64,000 nucleotides of DNA from Octopus sinensis (Eukaryota): assembly GCF_006345805.1 (NCBI RefSeq), contig NC_043005.1:71858001-71922000 (forward strand), read 5' to 3'. The notes below the pieces were generated by a model. It was not told where the DNA came from, did no database searches, and was given only the letters and a program-made list of their open reading frames with translations. Below, piece by piece: positions 28,011 to 43,400 of this stretch. Every line of letters starts with the position of its first letter. Within the stretch, counting starts at the first letter, position 1. The position numbers and the translations under genes were made by a program.

Positions 28011-28393
28011 ATATCATCCAAATAGTGTTAACGTTTAAACATGTTAGCACCTTCATTTGAGTGAATTTCCTGATATTTCATCCATCTCTAATAGAAAATA
28101 TCTACTACCAATATTGTTTGAGTTTTTAACAAATGTCTGTCTTACTCTAGATTTTTAATGATATCATTATTATGATATTACATTGCTTTGCATCAATGAA
28201 AACTTTTATATCATTGTTACCTATACCGATATCTCTTTCATATCATTGTTATCAATATATCTTTGATATTATTGTTATCAATATATTTCAAATATTATTT
28301 GTTCTCCTGCATCAATATTGTTCGTTTTTTCCCTTTTTTTTCCTCTTTGCTTCACATCTTCATCAATCTTGCCTCATATCTTTGTGTGTGTAG

Positions 28394-28447
<54 letters not shown>

Positions 28448-29542
28448 GCATGTGCATATATGCTTATATGTACATATATATGTATTTGTAAGTTTGTGTT
28501 TGAAAGTACATATTTGTATGCGTGTATGCCTCTCTATACATATATATTCATAAACATTTATGTATCTCTGTATAGATTTATAAATATATTTCTCAACGAT
28601 TTTTCTCTTTGTACCTCTTTGTTGCACACAATCTCTTTGCATAACCTACTATCTCTTTTTCTCTGTCTCTCTCTTCCTCATTTTTCCTCTTCTATTTTTC
28701 TCTCTCTCTTTCTCTCTTTCCCTCTCCTGTTTTCTCTCAAACACCTTCCTTCTCATACTTCATTTTATCCTATTCAGTACTTAGGATGAATAACCACAAC
28801 TACTCTCCCTCTCTCCCTCTCACTCACTCTCTCTCTTTCTCTCCTCATCCACTCATCCTTGCTCTTTCTCACACTATCTCTCTACTCTTCTCTTTACCTC
28901 ACGTTGAATTCACCTTTCATTTTCAGTATTGCTAATAAACAAGAAAAGCATTCGTTAGCCAACTCCTTCTTTTCTCCCCCTCAAATAAACCATCTTCCAT
29001 TCAAAGCTGTTTGATCTCCTATGGAAATACAACAAAAATAAATAAACATATAAATAAATAGCTGTAACAAAACATATATTTTCTCTCTGAAAGCTCAGTA
29101 ATTTTAAGGTTGGATATTGGTACAAAAATTTCTACCCACATCCCTCACAATTTTTAGCCTATTTGTAAAAATTAAATAAATTTAGGGTCAATGAATACAC
29201 AATTTCTGTTTTAAGATTTTAGTATATTTTGTAAATTCATTTACATTCAAATGTGTTTTTTCACTTCAACAAACAAATCACCACCAATTCACCAGAAGAA
29301 AGAAAAATACAGAAAAATTGTACTTCAACACCATAACTGCTTTATTTGTTTTTTTGCCTGTTTTAATGTTGTCGTTATCATCATCATCAGCAGCATTGTT
29401 GATTTGACTCAGGTTCAATCTTATTCCTGGTAGGATTTATGTGGGTAGTGGGTTACAACCCGTAATCTTAGGTATCCACAAGCGTTCAATAATCTTTTAA
29501 GCGCTTAAAACATTGTTCTTCTTCTTCTTCTTCTTCTTCTTC

Positions 29543-29616
<74 letters not shown>

Positions 29617-29618
<2 letters not shown>

Positions 29619-29732
29619 GGCAAGCTGGTTGAATCGTTAGTGCATCAAATAAAATGCATAGAAGTATTTTACCCATTGCTACATTCTGAGTTTAAATTCC
29701 ATCCCCTCTCCCAAAATTGCTGCCCTTGAAAT
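29617..29732 (+). mobile_element. SINE family B, internally deleted
   Basis: ggcaagctggttgaatcgttagtgc..ctgagtttaaattcc is joined directly to ccccaaaattgctgcccttg. Confidence 0.6.
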
Positions 29733-29761
29733 TACTATTATTATTATTATTATTATTATTA

Positions 29762-30315
29762 TTGAGTGAGAGAGCAATGCATGCCATCAAAGAGACACTG
29801 GTGTAAAATATATGAAGCCCATTATACCCATCATGACTACCCATCTAATAAGGGTACACCAGGCACATGCATTACAGCCATATGTACACAACATGATCTC
29901 ATATCAAGATAAACAGCACAGGATCTTGCAGGTGGGGACCAGTTAGAATTTTCTTCAAGTCAAGTAGTCCATCCTGCTCAAAAGATCCCTGAATAAGGGT
30001 TGTTTAAGGATGTTGAACAAAATACCCATGTTTTCAGGGGTGAATTATCCAAACTCCAAAGAATTCCTCTGAACACATGGCTATGATGCTCCCCCACTAC
30101 TTCTTCTTGTGATCAGAGATGCACATATCGTCAGCCACTTAGGGACATGCTCAACTAGTTAAAGTCAAACAACTAACAAGAAAATCTGAGGTACTGAGCA
30201 GAATATTTGCTGTTAGCCCATCTTTTATACCAAGATAAAACAATGTAAATGATATCACTTTCAATCAGTTAAGATGAGAAGCCATAAAATCCACTGCCTG
30301 GTACTTCATCAGAAC
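29762..30315 (-). mobile_element. Repeat family D, ~554 bp, in an (ATT)n tract (orientation relative to the 58120 copy)
   Basis: End-to-end reverse-complement match to 58120-58673. Confidence 0.85.
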
Positions 30316-30762
30316 ATCCTACTGCTTCATGGCATTTATTAGTATTATTATTATCATCATTATTATTATTATATTATATACATATGTGTATGAATATAGT
30401 TCATAGATGAGAATCAGATATCCTCCATATAGCATACACACAGTAGTGCTCAAGAGGTTTAAACCTGAGTAAGCAGAGGAGTAAATGTAAGGATAAGCAA
30501 GTTAGGTAGGTCAATATACAAAGAATGTTTAATACATTAAATAAAAAAAAGGCAAAAAAAATATGTATATATGTTTAGATATAAAACGGTTCAACTTACA
30601 CAGAATAGAAATTATATCAAGAATTAAAGGGGTTGAAGAAAAGTTCAACAGCTGTTTCTGGAGGCCCAGTGGTACAAAATAATGATGAATTGATTGAATC
30701 AACTGGCCTCCTCCCCCAAAATTTCTGGCCTTGTACCTAGAGTAGAAAAGAATATATATATA

Positions 30763-30852
<90 letters not shown>

Positions 30853-31264
30853 ATGTGTGCATGTATGTATTTGTGTGTCTGTGTTTGTCCCCCCTCCAAA
30901 TGCTGTATACATATATATGTGTATGCGTGTGTATATGCGCACATATATATCGTATTATATGTGTGCATATATATGTATACATGTGTATATGTGTATGTGT
31001 GTGTGCATGTAAACACTTAAATATACATGTGCACGTATTTTTATATAATATATAGATATATTTATATATTAATGCATATATATATTTTTATATACACTAC
31101 TTGAGCTGTTGAAAGAAAACTTAGGTCAGTATTCTATTCAGTAGTAATACAAGCATTCATACAGAAGCACTTACATAAATGTATGTATATATATTTATAT
31201 ACGTATATGCTTGTATATTTATACATATGTGTATATCTGACTTGTGTGTTTGTTTGAATATGCA

Positions 31265-31297
<33 letters not shown>

Positions 31298-31739
31298 ATA
31301 ATAATGTTACTAATTTGTTGGATAAATAAGCAGAAGAGTTTAGAAAGAGAACAATAAAAAAATAGTGTAAATAAATGAATGAATAAATATATATACTGGG
31401 AAACTTGTTTAAGGCAAACAGTTCATGTTATCAGAATTGGAAGAACATTAAAAAAAAGGGGGAAAAATAAATAAAAAAAAAAGAACAGAAGAAGGAATGG
31501 AAAGATCACATGAAAAATTGGGATGTTTTATCACAGTGTTTATTATCGATACTCCCACTGACAGAAACAGTGAAATAAATTGCAAACACACATACACACA
31601 CACACACACACATACACACACATGTACACGTGCACATAGACATATATATATATATATAATATATATATATATATATGTGAAAATATGTATATACACATAC
31701 ATATCTGTGATAGTATATACATAATGTGTGTGGTGCATG

Positions 31740-31812
31740 TGTACATATCTATATGTATATATGTATATATATATATGTGTGTGTTGTGTATATGTGGTAT
31801 ATATATATCTGT

Positions 31813-31856
<44 letters not shown>

Positions 31857-31935
31857 TATATTATATATCTGTATATATATATGTATATATATATATATAT
31901 ATCTGTATATATATATACATATGTATATATATATA

Positions 31936-31970
<35 letters not shown>

Positions 31971-32040
31971 GTATATATATATACATATGTATATATATAT
32001 CTGTATATATATATAATATATATATATATATAGTGTAATA

Positions 32041-32099
<59 letters not shown>

Positions 32100-32112
32100 A
32101 TATATATATATG
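31740..32112. repeat. (TA)n array with recurring ctgtat/catatgt interruptions
   Basis: Read directly from the sequence. Confidence 0.9.
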
Positions 32113-32698
32113 CATATGTTAGTATATGTGTCTTAGCACGGTTAATAAGAAGAGACACTTGGAAAGAAAGTGAGGCCAATTATTAAAATAAATCTATCTA
32201 GAATATATTGCTGTGATATGGGCATATTCTATATCTATTTATTTCAGCATATTAGCTTGAATTTATTTTGAACCATCAGTTCTTATTTGCTACATTTATC
32301 ATTGTATATGTCCTTATACACTACTTGATTCTTTTCACATTTAAAGAGACTTCTCACAAATTTGTTTTGAATATGAATGCAAAACATATGAATATATATA
32401 TATATATATTATATTATATTTCATATTATATTATATTATATTATATTATATTATATTATATTATATTATATATAATCACTTGAATATATAGTCAATCTGT
32501 TTACCGCATGTATATATGTATATGTGTATGTATGTATGTTTGTGTATGTATGTATGTATATACACTATTAAGGAATGAGGGGAGTATCAGGTACCTTAAA
32601 TGATAGCCATCAGGTTGAGTAGAATTCTAGCGTGCCAGGAATCCTATGATGGATACCTCTTATGTGTTAAATGTACACCGTTATATATATATATATAT

Positions 32699-32749
<51 letters not shown>

Positions 32750-33639
32750 CAAAATGGGACAAGAACGCAAAACATCTGGACAACTAGGGTACAAAAAGGG
32801 ACAACGAAACATCCAGATAGACGATACAAAAAAAATAAGGATGGGTCATTCGAAGTTTTCTATCCTCAGTCAAGAACCGTATCATCCTCACAATTTCAGC
32901 CGATATATATTGAGAAAGTGTGAGATAGTTAGATGTATTTATATGATATAATAGTTTGCCTGGCAATAGACATAAAAGTAAATAAGTAAAAGAAACAAAG
33001 AAAAATAGGTTGCACAAGGGAATTGCTAATTCATGGGTTTTACTTTGTCTTATATTGGCAGTTCTTACTGCAAACTCAACACTGCTGTACACTTCTACTT
33101 ATGTATGTATATATGTATGTATGTGTGTATGAGTGTGTATGTAGGGACTTGAGTGTGTGTGCCTTTTTTTTGTTTTTTGACATCATGTGGCAGATGTAAA
33201 TGAGTTTCACTGTCATACAAGCAGTATCATTCATTTCCAGTATTCCATGCAAATATGTCCGGCTTTGAAAAACTATTTCCCTGCTTGGAAAGAAGCCACA
33301 GATGGGCATGTAGCTATAGAATATCTGCTTCAGTAAACTCTATTTGACCAATGAAAGCGTGAAATGGTGGATATTACATAATGATGACAATGCTGATAAT
33401 ACGTGTGTGTGTGTGTAAGAACCAAAGCAAATATGAGAATTTGTTCAAACAAGCTCTTCTCCTGTTTTGTTTTGCTTTTTCTATGTGTATTCTGTGACCT
33501 ATTGTAGCCATGGGGTCTTATCAAGTTATGTGTTGGAATATATAGGAAAATATTTAGAAACACACATGGCATTCTAAATACTGGTTATTTGTCATAAGTT
33601 TACAATATAAATCACAGTATATAATGATACATTCACACA

Positions 33640-34085
<446 letters not shown>

Positions 34086-35284
34086 ATATGTATGTGTATA
34101 TACATGTAAGTCTGTGTACTTATGTGTATGTGTATTGGTTCAGGTATAAACGTGCAATTAAGAAGCTTACTTTGCAGTTACATACATTGAGGCTTAGTTC
34201 CACAGTGTAACACCTTGAGCAGGTGTCTTCTACTACAAATATAAACTAACCAATCCATTGAGAGCGAAACAGGGAAGACAAAATTTTGCAGAAGTTTATT
34301 GCCTACCACAGGAATTTCAAAGACAATGTCCCAATTTTTCCTTGAGAAAATTATTCCCATACTCAACTTTATGTAATGAGTTTCTCTTCAAGTCAGGTTG
34401 TCTTTACATATATTCTGACATATAACACACACTTTTATATATGTGTGGTGGGGCATAGACATATTTTTGTGCACACATACAAATATGATTGTGAATATCT
34501 GTGTGTATGTGTGTGGTAGGAACTGAGTATGTGTGTGAGTACGTGGTAGCATGTGTGCATGTGGTGGTAACTGTGTGTGTAATGCCATAGTGAGAGATCA
34601 GCAGCTATAGTGACAGGTGTGTGTATGGTTGGGTGTGTGTGTGTGTGTGCGCATGCGCGTGTCTTCTGGCATGTGTGCATAGATAGAATAGCCAAGAGTG
34701 AGTTGGGGCAGCCTGAAGGATGTGTAAGAGGCAGTCCAAAGCAGTCTGAAGGGTGTGTGAATAGGTGGATGTGGACGTGTGTTAATGTGTGTGTGTGTAT
34801 GTTTGTGTGTGCATGTGTGTGTATGTAAAAGGGAGAGTAGTGTAGCAGATTTAAATTTGGATATTTGAATACTATTTTTTGCCACAATAGATTTCATTCC
34901 TTCAGGCCGTGTGCATTCATAACACATCCATGTCTCCAGTGTAAGAAGACTTTGATACACTACAGTGTTTCGACCTTTTTGTGTATCTCCTCATTCACAA
35001 GCTACCCCAACAAACTGGTGAATCTCAAAAGAGCCAGAGCTCTTGTTTATTGGAATCACAAACAAATTATTTGCTGATGCATGCAGATGTCTTCCAAACA
35101 GATAATAATTCATGAGGTGAATGCAAAAACAACAAGAATAATGCATCTATTCGTTCTTAAAATGTTCTGGCAGATTTGAACACGACTATCTGATCACTGT
35201 CACATATATATATATATATATACATATATATATAATATATATATATAGACACACATAGTATATATATATATATATATATTATAT

Positions 35285-35340
<56 letters not shown>

Positions 35341-37834
35341 TATATATATACATATATGTATCTGAGACAATGCATTGGAGTATATAATTGAAAAATATAC
35401 ACATATACACACATGCATACAAAAACATCGTAGCAAATGCATTTCCCAATTGTTCTCAAATTTTATAGTTTTTTAAAGACCGTTTGAAATGTGTGGCATG
35501 AATATTTTTATAGATTTCTTTAGAAAATACATCGAGAAATCTTCCTTTTTCCATGCTTAATTTAACTTTGAGTACAATTTTTCCTGACAATAATATCCTT
35601 TTATTACAAAATGCATCAATTTCCAACCAGCAATTTATATGCGGCTATTTGCCTTATAAATATATTACATTATCAGACTAGCTTCAATACAATTTCCAGA
35701 AAATAAAAGCAAAAAAGAAAATAATAATAATAATAAATGAAAAATAAAGAAACTATAGCTATTGCATAATTTCTGTCAGTTATTGTACATGTACATTTGA
35801 CTATTTCTATGTAAGTCTATTTTATTTTCTATTTGTTTGTTTGTTTGTTTCTACTTTATTTTATTTATACTGTTTTTAGTCTTAGTTTTGTGAAATGTTG
35901 ATGGAATACAATGAATGTTGATTCCAAGTCTTGAAAAATCAATATAAATATATATATATATGTATGTATATATATATTTACTGAACGCTTTCATGTTAAA
36001 AAGGTGTAAGTAACCTACATCGAATCATTTTTGAGTATGAAATAAATATCAGAGATTTACTTAAATGATATAGAAAATTGATGTAAAATAATTGGTTTTC
36101 TTTCATAAAAGTTATGAAGATAAAAAGGAAAAAAAACAAAAGAATCAAACAAAATATTATAAATAATTTGAAAATAACAAATCTTAAGTATTGCCCTAGA
36201 AACAACTACATGGGAATTGTTTTTGAATGAAATAAAAAATATTCTTCAATGATGTAAGAGAATGTCAGTGCATAAATTATCGCTCTTACTTGTCTTCGAT
36301 TTCCTGTAATGATCTTTATTAAATCCTCTGTATATGATGCAAGAATGTCATTCCTTTCTTTGAAAGTTTAACCACTGTCATAAAAAAAAAAAGAAGACAG
36401 TTTTGAAAGACGTACAATATGGCTTCAGTGCAATAAACCTGAGTGTTTCTTATGTTTCACTATCCATCCATCCATTCAACTTCTCTTTGTTTCTGTAGAA
36501 GAATTCTTGGTAAAAAGTAAATTCTTTAACATCCACTTAAGCATTGTACACATGACATAATAGAAACACTGTGGGTTTGTGTTATTTTCAAAGATATTTT
36601 AATTCTAAAATTTTTTTATCTTAAAACATGCTTTACTCCGAGAATCAAAATAATATGGGCTCTAGCTATTTGTAAGAGCATACATCTTTGAAATTTTCTA
36701 TTAGATTATGAAAGAACTGGTTGTCTCAAAGTATCTTTTAGACTTTTAACAACTGGTATAGTAAGTGATGGCAGCAATAAAGGAAACCTAACTAATTCAC
36801 AAAAGATTTGAGAAGAATAAGATACCTCATTGTTATGATGATGATGGCGACTACCATCATCATCATCATCATCATCATCATCATTATGATCGTGACCATG
36901 GTTGCCAACATCACTATTTTTACCATTTTTCTCATGCTTCCATTTACTGTGCTCTCCTCTATTTCATCTTTTATCAATCCTAACTTTCTAAGATCTAATT
37001 GAATTCTCGCATAGCAAGTTTTCTTTGAGATTTTTATACAGTAAGCTCATGGCACTGACTATAAACGAAATTTCAATATGGCCAATTTACATAGAATTCA
37101 TTAGTTCTTATTATATCAAACCAAAATCAAAGCTTATGTCAAATCAGATTGACTTTGATGAGAAACTTTGAAGAATTAATCTATATAATAACAAGTAGTA
37201 TCAGCATATTCAATTCTGTTATTGGAAAATTAAGGTCCTTGAAAGTTTCCACCAGAGATACGTAATGATCTATAAACTCTTAAAAAATGTTAATCAACAG
37301 AACCAAAAAAAAGAGGTGCAAAACATATAAAAGAAAAAATATTGAATTTTTATCTGTATAAATAATTCTTATATTTTCGTTTTTTTAATTTTTTTTACAT
37401 TTGAACATTGGAAAATAAAATATGCTAAAATTTGTGTTGGTGAAAATAAAACGAATTTGATAAAATGGTGGAGGTAATCAAAATGGAAGAATTACAAACC
37501 AAGTGCATTAAAATGGTATTTTGTTTTATTGTGTTAAGTTCCAAGTAAAACTTCTGTTAGGATCAAGCGAACCTGTCATCTCATTGTGTGTAACAGTTTA
37601 ATACTGAAGTTAATTTCATTGATTATATTATTTCTCTTCAAGTATTGGCTTTATCCTTTGTCATATTTGTGTTCTTTTATTTCCATTCTGCGCAGTATTG
37701 CACATTGGTTTGTGTTTAGCTGGTTGCAGGAGAAGATCTGTTTTTCTATGAGAAAAATTTACTAGCACTTCAAATTTCAGTCTCCATTTCTGGAATTCCC
37801 ACTGGCCTTTCTCACAGTATAATCAATTATGAAA

Positions 37835-38150
37835 CAGAGAGAGGAGGGAGAGAGATCGAAGAGAGAGGGGAGAGGAAGGGGAGAGAGGGGGAAGAGAGAG
37901 AAAGGAGAGAGTGGAAGAGATAGAGAAAGGGGAGAGGGGAAGAGAGAGAAAGGAGAGAGGGGAAGAGAGAGAAAGGAGAGAGGGGAAGAGAGAGAAAGGA
38001 GAGAGTGGAAGAGAGAAAGGAGAGCGGGGAAGAGAGGGATTAGCAAAAGAAGGGGAGAGAGAGAGAAGAGAGAGAGAGGAGGAAGAGAGAAGAAAGAGAA
38101 AGAAAATGAAAAGAGAGAGGAAAGAGACAGTTGAAGAGAAGGACTCAGTA
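37835..38150. repeat. Polypurine (GA-rich) tract with a ~24-bp higher-order unit
   Basis: gaagagagagaaaggagagagggg-like unit, about 6 copies in 37890-38035. Confidence 0.9.
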
Positions 38151-38357
38151 ATTGAATAGAACATTGTTGGTCAACCCCAGATGGAGGTAAAACAAATTTG
38201 ACACTGGAGAGATTTGAACTCACAGCTCAAAGAACCAGAACAAATTCTGTAAAGTGTTCTAACAGATGCTCCAAAGATATCAATGTTAAGAGCAAAGGTA
38301 CTGAACTGATATTAAGATATACAAAGTTTCTCTGTTTATTCATATAAAGATATGAGG

Positions 38358-38413
<56 letters not shown>

Positions 38414-38668
38414 TAATAATGATAATAATAATTGGAATGGCAGGATGAAAGAGAAATGAAACAGGAGAAACATTAAAACAATATCTTTACTTTTGGAAAT
38501 TTTTATTCTTTGTTTTCATCAGTTTCTTGTCTTTAACTTGCGGAACACATCTAAACAAACTTTAATAGTCAATTGACATGATCAGTCACCGAAGTTCAGT
38601 ATAAATGTAATTTCTAAAGATTTTGCTCGCCTTTTAAATTAATCAAGGAAATAACTGATATATATGTG

Positions 38669-38777
<109 letters not shown>

Positions 38778-38838
38778 ATATATATATATATACATATGTA
38801 TATAGATATATATATGTGTGTATATATATGTATATATA

Positions 38839-38869
<31 letters not shown>

Positions 38870-38876
38870 ATATGTA

Positions 38877-38921
<45 letters not shown>

Positions 38922-39884
38922 ATATGTATATATATACACATATGAGATGATAGTAATTTATAAGCAAGAACTGATACTGTTGATATCTAGAACAATGACC
39001 TTGATATTTTGATATTTTTAATGATACATTATTCTCTAGATAAGGTATTGATTTCTTACTCCTAAGTACAAGGCCAGATGTGAAGTGAATTTCCTTCAGT
39101 TTAGGAAAAAAAAAAAAAAGAGGAAGTTGGCTCACAAAGCTCTACTTAATATTTAGCTATTTTCTCTTTTCTACGGTGCTCAAAACCACAAAGATAAAAC
39201 AAAAACAAAACAAAAACAAAAAAACAATCAAACAAACCAAAAAAACACAACTCATAGCTTTGTGAAGTTCCATAACAATTTTAATAGATTCTGCTAATGA
39301 GGCTAGATGAAAGACCTGACAGATGTTAGAACAATAAAGGGTTAGTGAGTCTTGATAGAGCAATCATGATGCTCAAATATATACTCTAGGTTTGCTAATC
39401 AGCTGTTATCACTGATAAGTGTTTGCAAACTTATTTGTTTTACTGTTCATACCATATATTTGTATACACTATACTACTTTACATCTGATTAGTGCCATTT
39501 CTATTTATTTATTTGCTAATATATCATAACTCATTTTTCATTATCATAAATCCAGCTCAGGTCTATATTAAACAATTCTTTTGTTCTTCCCAGATTATAT
39601 CAATTCTTATTCATCAGAAAGTAGTAATTCACAAGATTGCCAATCAGAAACTTTTCTCTACTATAACTAATAATTTACTTGCTTACTTATGTATGTATAT
39701 ATGCACATTTACGTGGGTGGTTGTGTACACACACAGATGCACACACATATGAATGTATTTGTATTTATTTATTTATATATATGTGTGTGTGTGTGTGTAT
39801 GTATGAATACATTTGTGTAGGTAGATACATACACACGTATGCACACACTCATACACACAAAACACATATATATACACACACATG

Positions 39885-39957
<73 letters not shown>

Positions 39958-40152
39958 AATTAATATAAACAGCACTTTGCAATATTTCACTATATATATA
40001 TTTATATATGTATGTATATATGTATGTATATATATATATATATATATATATAATCCATATATATATATGTGTGTGTATATATATATAGCTAAACTATGAT
40101 GATGATATATATATATATATATCCATATATATATATGTATATATATGTATGT

Positions 40153-40194
<42 letters not shown>

Positions 40195-40198
<4 letters not shown>

Positions 40199-40321
40199 TT
40201 AGAGACAAAACCACTATTTTGCAAAACAAACAGGAAAGACTTAATCAATACATAAAATTTTATGTATTGATTAAGTCTTTCCTTGTTTGTTTTGCAAAAT
40301 AGTGGTTTTGTCTCTAATAAT
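40195..40321. repeat. Near-perfect spacerless palindrome, ~63-bp arms
   Basis: Centre cataaaa|ttttatg (40257/40258); a single 1-nt bulge. Confidence 0.95.
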
Positions 40322-40914
40322 ATTATATAATATTTTACTATAAAATTGGATTTAATCCTAAATCTGATTTTTTCCCTGTAAATTTGGATTTATTCCCTAA
40401 TATTTATTATATATATATATATATACACATATGTATGTATGTGTATATATAAGTATATGTCTGTATATGTTAATATGTATACATATGCATGTCTGTTAGA
40501 ACTTATATGAACGACAATAAACTGATGAATTAACATTAGAATATAGAACTTTGCAGCATAAATAAATCAATAATCTTTTCAGCCATTGGCAGGAGATACA
40601 TGAAGACTTTGAACTCATCACTGTACGTTAATAGAGTCTCACTTCACAACTAAGATCACTGAGCTAAACCATTTTTCATACCATGGTTCTTTTGTGCACC
40701 ATCATAAGCAACCAGTGATTAGAAGCAAGTGTAACAGATACAACTGAATATTGTGAATTCTGTGCAAACACCTGGGAAAGCTGCTTGCTGTCTTTTGCAG
40801 TTCCATAAGAAGAATTTTCTCAGCACTAAAAGATAAAATACAACAAACGGTACATCATCATTTGGCCACTTCATTTCTTAAGTAATAATTTAGTGATCCT
40901 ATCTCCATAAAACC

Positions 40915-41225
40915 CAGTGGTTAGGGCAGTGGACTTGTGGTCGGAGGATCGCGGTTTCAATTCCCAGACTGGGCGTTGTGTGTGTTTATTGAGCAAAAAC
41001 AACAAAAAGCTTCACAAGGCTCTGGCAGGGAGTGGTGGCGACCCCTGTTGTACTCTTTTGCCCCAACTTTCTCTCACTTTTTCATCCTGTTTCTTGAGTA
41101 ACAACACTGCAATGGATTGGTGTCCCGTCCAGCTGGGGGGGGGGGGAACACAAACGCCATAGAAACCGAGAAACCGGGCCTATGAGCCTGGCTAGGTTTG
41201 AAAAGGGCACATATATAAAAAAAAA
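40915..41225 (+). mobile_element. tRNA-head SINE with A-rich tail
   Basis: cagtggttagggcagtggacttgtggtcggaggatcgcggtttcaattccc (A/B-box-like) .. gcaatggattggtgtcccgtccag .. A-run at about 41217-41226. Confidence 0.7.
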
Positions 41226-41824
41226 ATTTTTTAATCTTCATAAATATAATATAGTAAGGGTTAGTACACTACATAGAGGAAATGTTTTGAAGCTAATGAG
41301 AAATAATTGAGTAGTGAAGAAAAGGTAAAAAAGAGTTTCAGTCAATGACTAATATGATTTTAATATTTTGGCAAGTACTGAAGACATCACTAGCCATGTT
41401 TCAGTTTGATTCTGGTTCATCAGTCAAATATAGTCTTTATCATAATTTCCCAGGTAGAATTGAAAGACCAAGTAATTATAGAAGCTTATTCATTTGTTGT
41501 AGAAAAGTAACATTTTTCAGGGAATAACTTGTTTAGCAATGTCATTTCCATGTAGAATAGTAATTAAATTTGTGCAAACGTAATTAATTCAGGGAGAATA
41601 AATTATTATAAATACCTTGTAGCATTATTTAGCTGAATAGCTTTAAGCTCTGAATTTGAATCGTGCCAAAGTCAATTATACCTTTTATCCTCCTGAGAGT
41701 CAATAAAATAAGTATCTTTTGAGAACTAGTATTTATATATATATGTATGTATATATGTACATATATATATATATGTACATATATACATATATATTATACA
41801 TACATACATATATATATATATATT

Positions 41825-41857
<33 letters not shown>

Positions 41858-42266
41858 CATATATACATACAGGTAGCCATATATATACATATATATATAT
41901 GACTGTGTATCTCTCTTTTAACTGAATACATATTCAGTTAACCAAATATAATCTTTGGACACTGAATTATCAGTTGTAAATACTATTGATTTTTTGAATG
42001 ACATGAATTATTTAATGAACAATTTAGAGGGTTAAGAGAGTTCCATTAACAGGAAGTATTAAATGGAGTTGTTTGTTTAAGATATTTACAATTGATGTTC
42101 GCTGTTTCTATGACAAAATTATGAGTGCAGCTAAAGCTAAATTTCACATTATTTCTATTAAAATATTTCTTAATACTTATGCTTTTTGCGGAAGTGTTTA
42201 TCAATAGTGAAAAAAATACTAAATGATATATATATATACATATATGTAGTATATATTATATATATA

Positions 42267-42306
<40 letters not shown>

Positions 42307-42979
42307 TTAGAATGAGATTGAACAGGGGCTTTCCAATGATTTTACAATTTTTGTGTATTTTTATATAACTGAGAAGTAATATTAATATATTTATCTTTTA
42401 TCTTTAAAACTGCTTTGTTTCAATGATATGTTAGAAAAACTACTTTGATGAACAAAGATCTATCAATGAAACTCCAAATAATAATATACTAAGATTTGTC
42501 ACTGAATTAATAAGAAGAGTTATCTAAGGCAGTATTGTATTAATGTAACTTCACTTAAGTTTCTTAAAACATGAGTTTTTGTTTGTTTTTAGATCTAAGG
42601 TTATATCTAAACAAATAACTATATGAAAGGGTGTTTCATACATAACTTTTACAAGTGAAATCTTTAAATAATTGAAAAGGACTTTTCATGAATTATCAAG
42701 GAATCAAACATAGTGTATATTCTGTATGATAATTAATCCCTCAGATTGATATAGCCTATACACACACACACATATATGCACAGTGTAAGAGAGGGCGAGA
42801 TGGATGGAAAGGTGGGTGAGTAGGTTTGTTCAAGAATGGCTATGCAGCTATGAAGTTTCTTCTAAACAGTATGGTTTCAGGTTCAGTCCCACTTGGGCAA
42901 GTGTCTTTTATTTTAGTCTGGAGCTGACCTAAACTTTTTGAGTGGATTTGGCAGATAGAAGCTAAAAGAAGATTCTTGC

Positions 42980-43007
42980 ATATGGATAGAAAGATAGATA
43001 GAGTAAA

Positions 43008-43058
<51 letters not shown>

Positions 43059-43400
43059 CATAGATACATAGGTAGACAGATACATAGGTAGACAGGCAGA
43101 TAGATAGATAAATAATTCAGTATATAGATAGGTAGATAGATACATAGGTAGACAGATAGATAGATAGATAAATAGATGAGTATATAAATAGGTAGATATA
43201 TAGATAGATAGAAAAATACATACATAGGTAGGTAGATAGATAGATAAATAAACAGGTAGGTAGATAGATAGAGAGATACATATGTAGATAGGTATATAGA
43301 TAGGTAGATAGATCGATGAATCGATAGCTAGATAGATATAGGTAGATAGATATAGGTAGATAGACAAACATTGGCAGATAGATATGTGTGTAAATAGGTA
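42980..43400. repeat. (GATA)n/(GGTA)-degenerate tract
   Basis: Read directly from the sequence. Confidence 0.9.

Noticed and set aside
34900-35115. Several overlapping ~55-codon open frames in slightly GC-richer unique DNA
   Set aside because: No recognisable motif and no consistent splice pair; cannot be distinguished from chance or an old TE.
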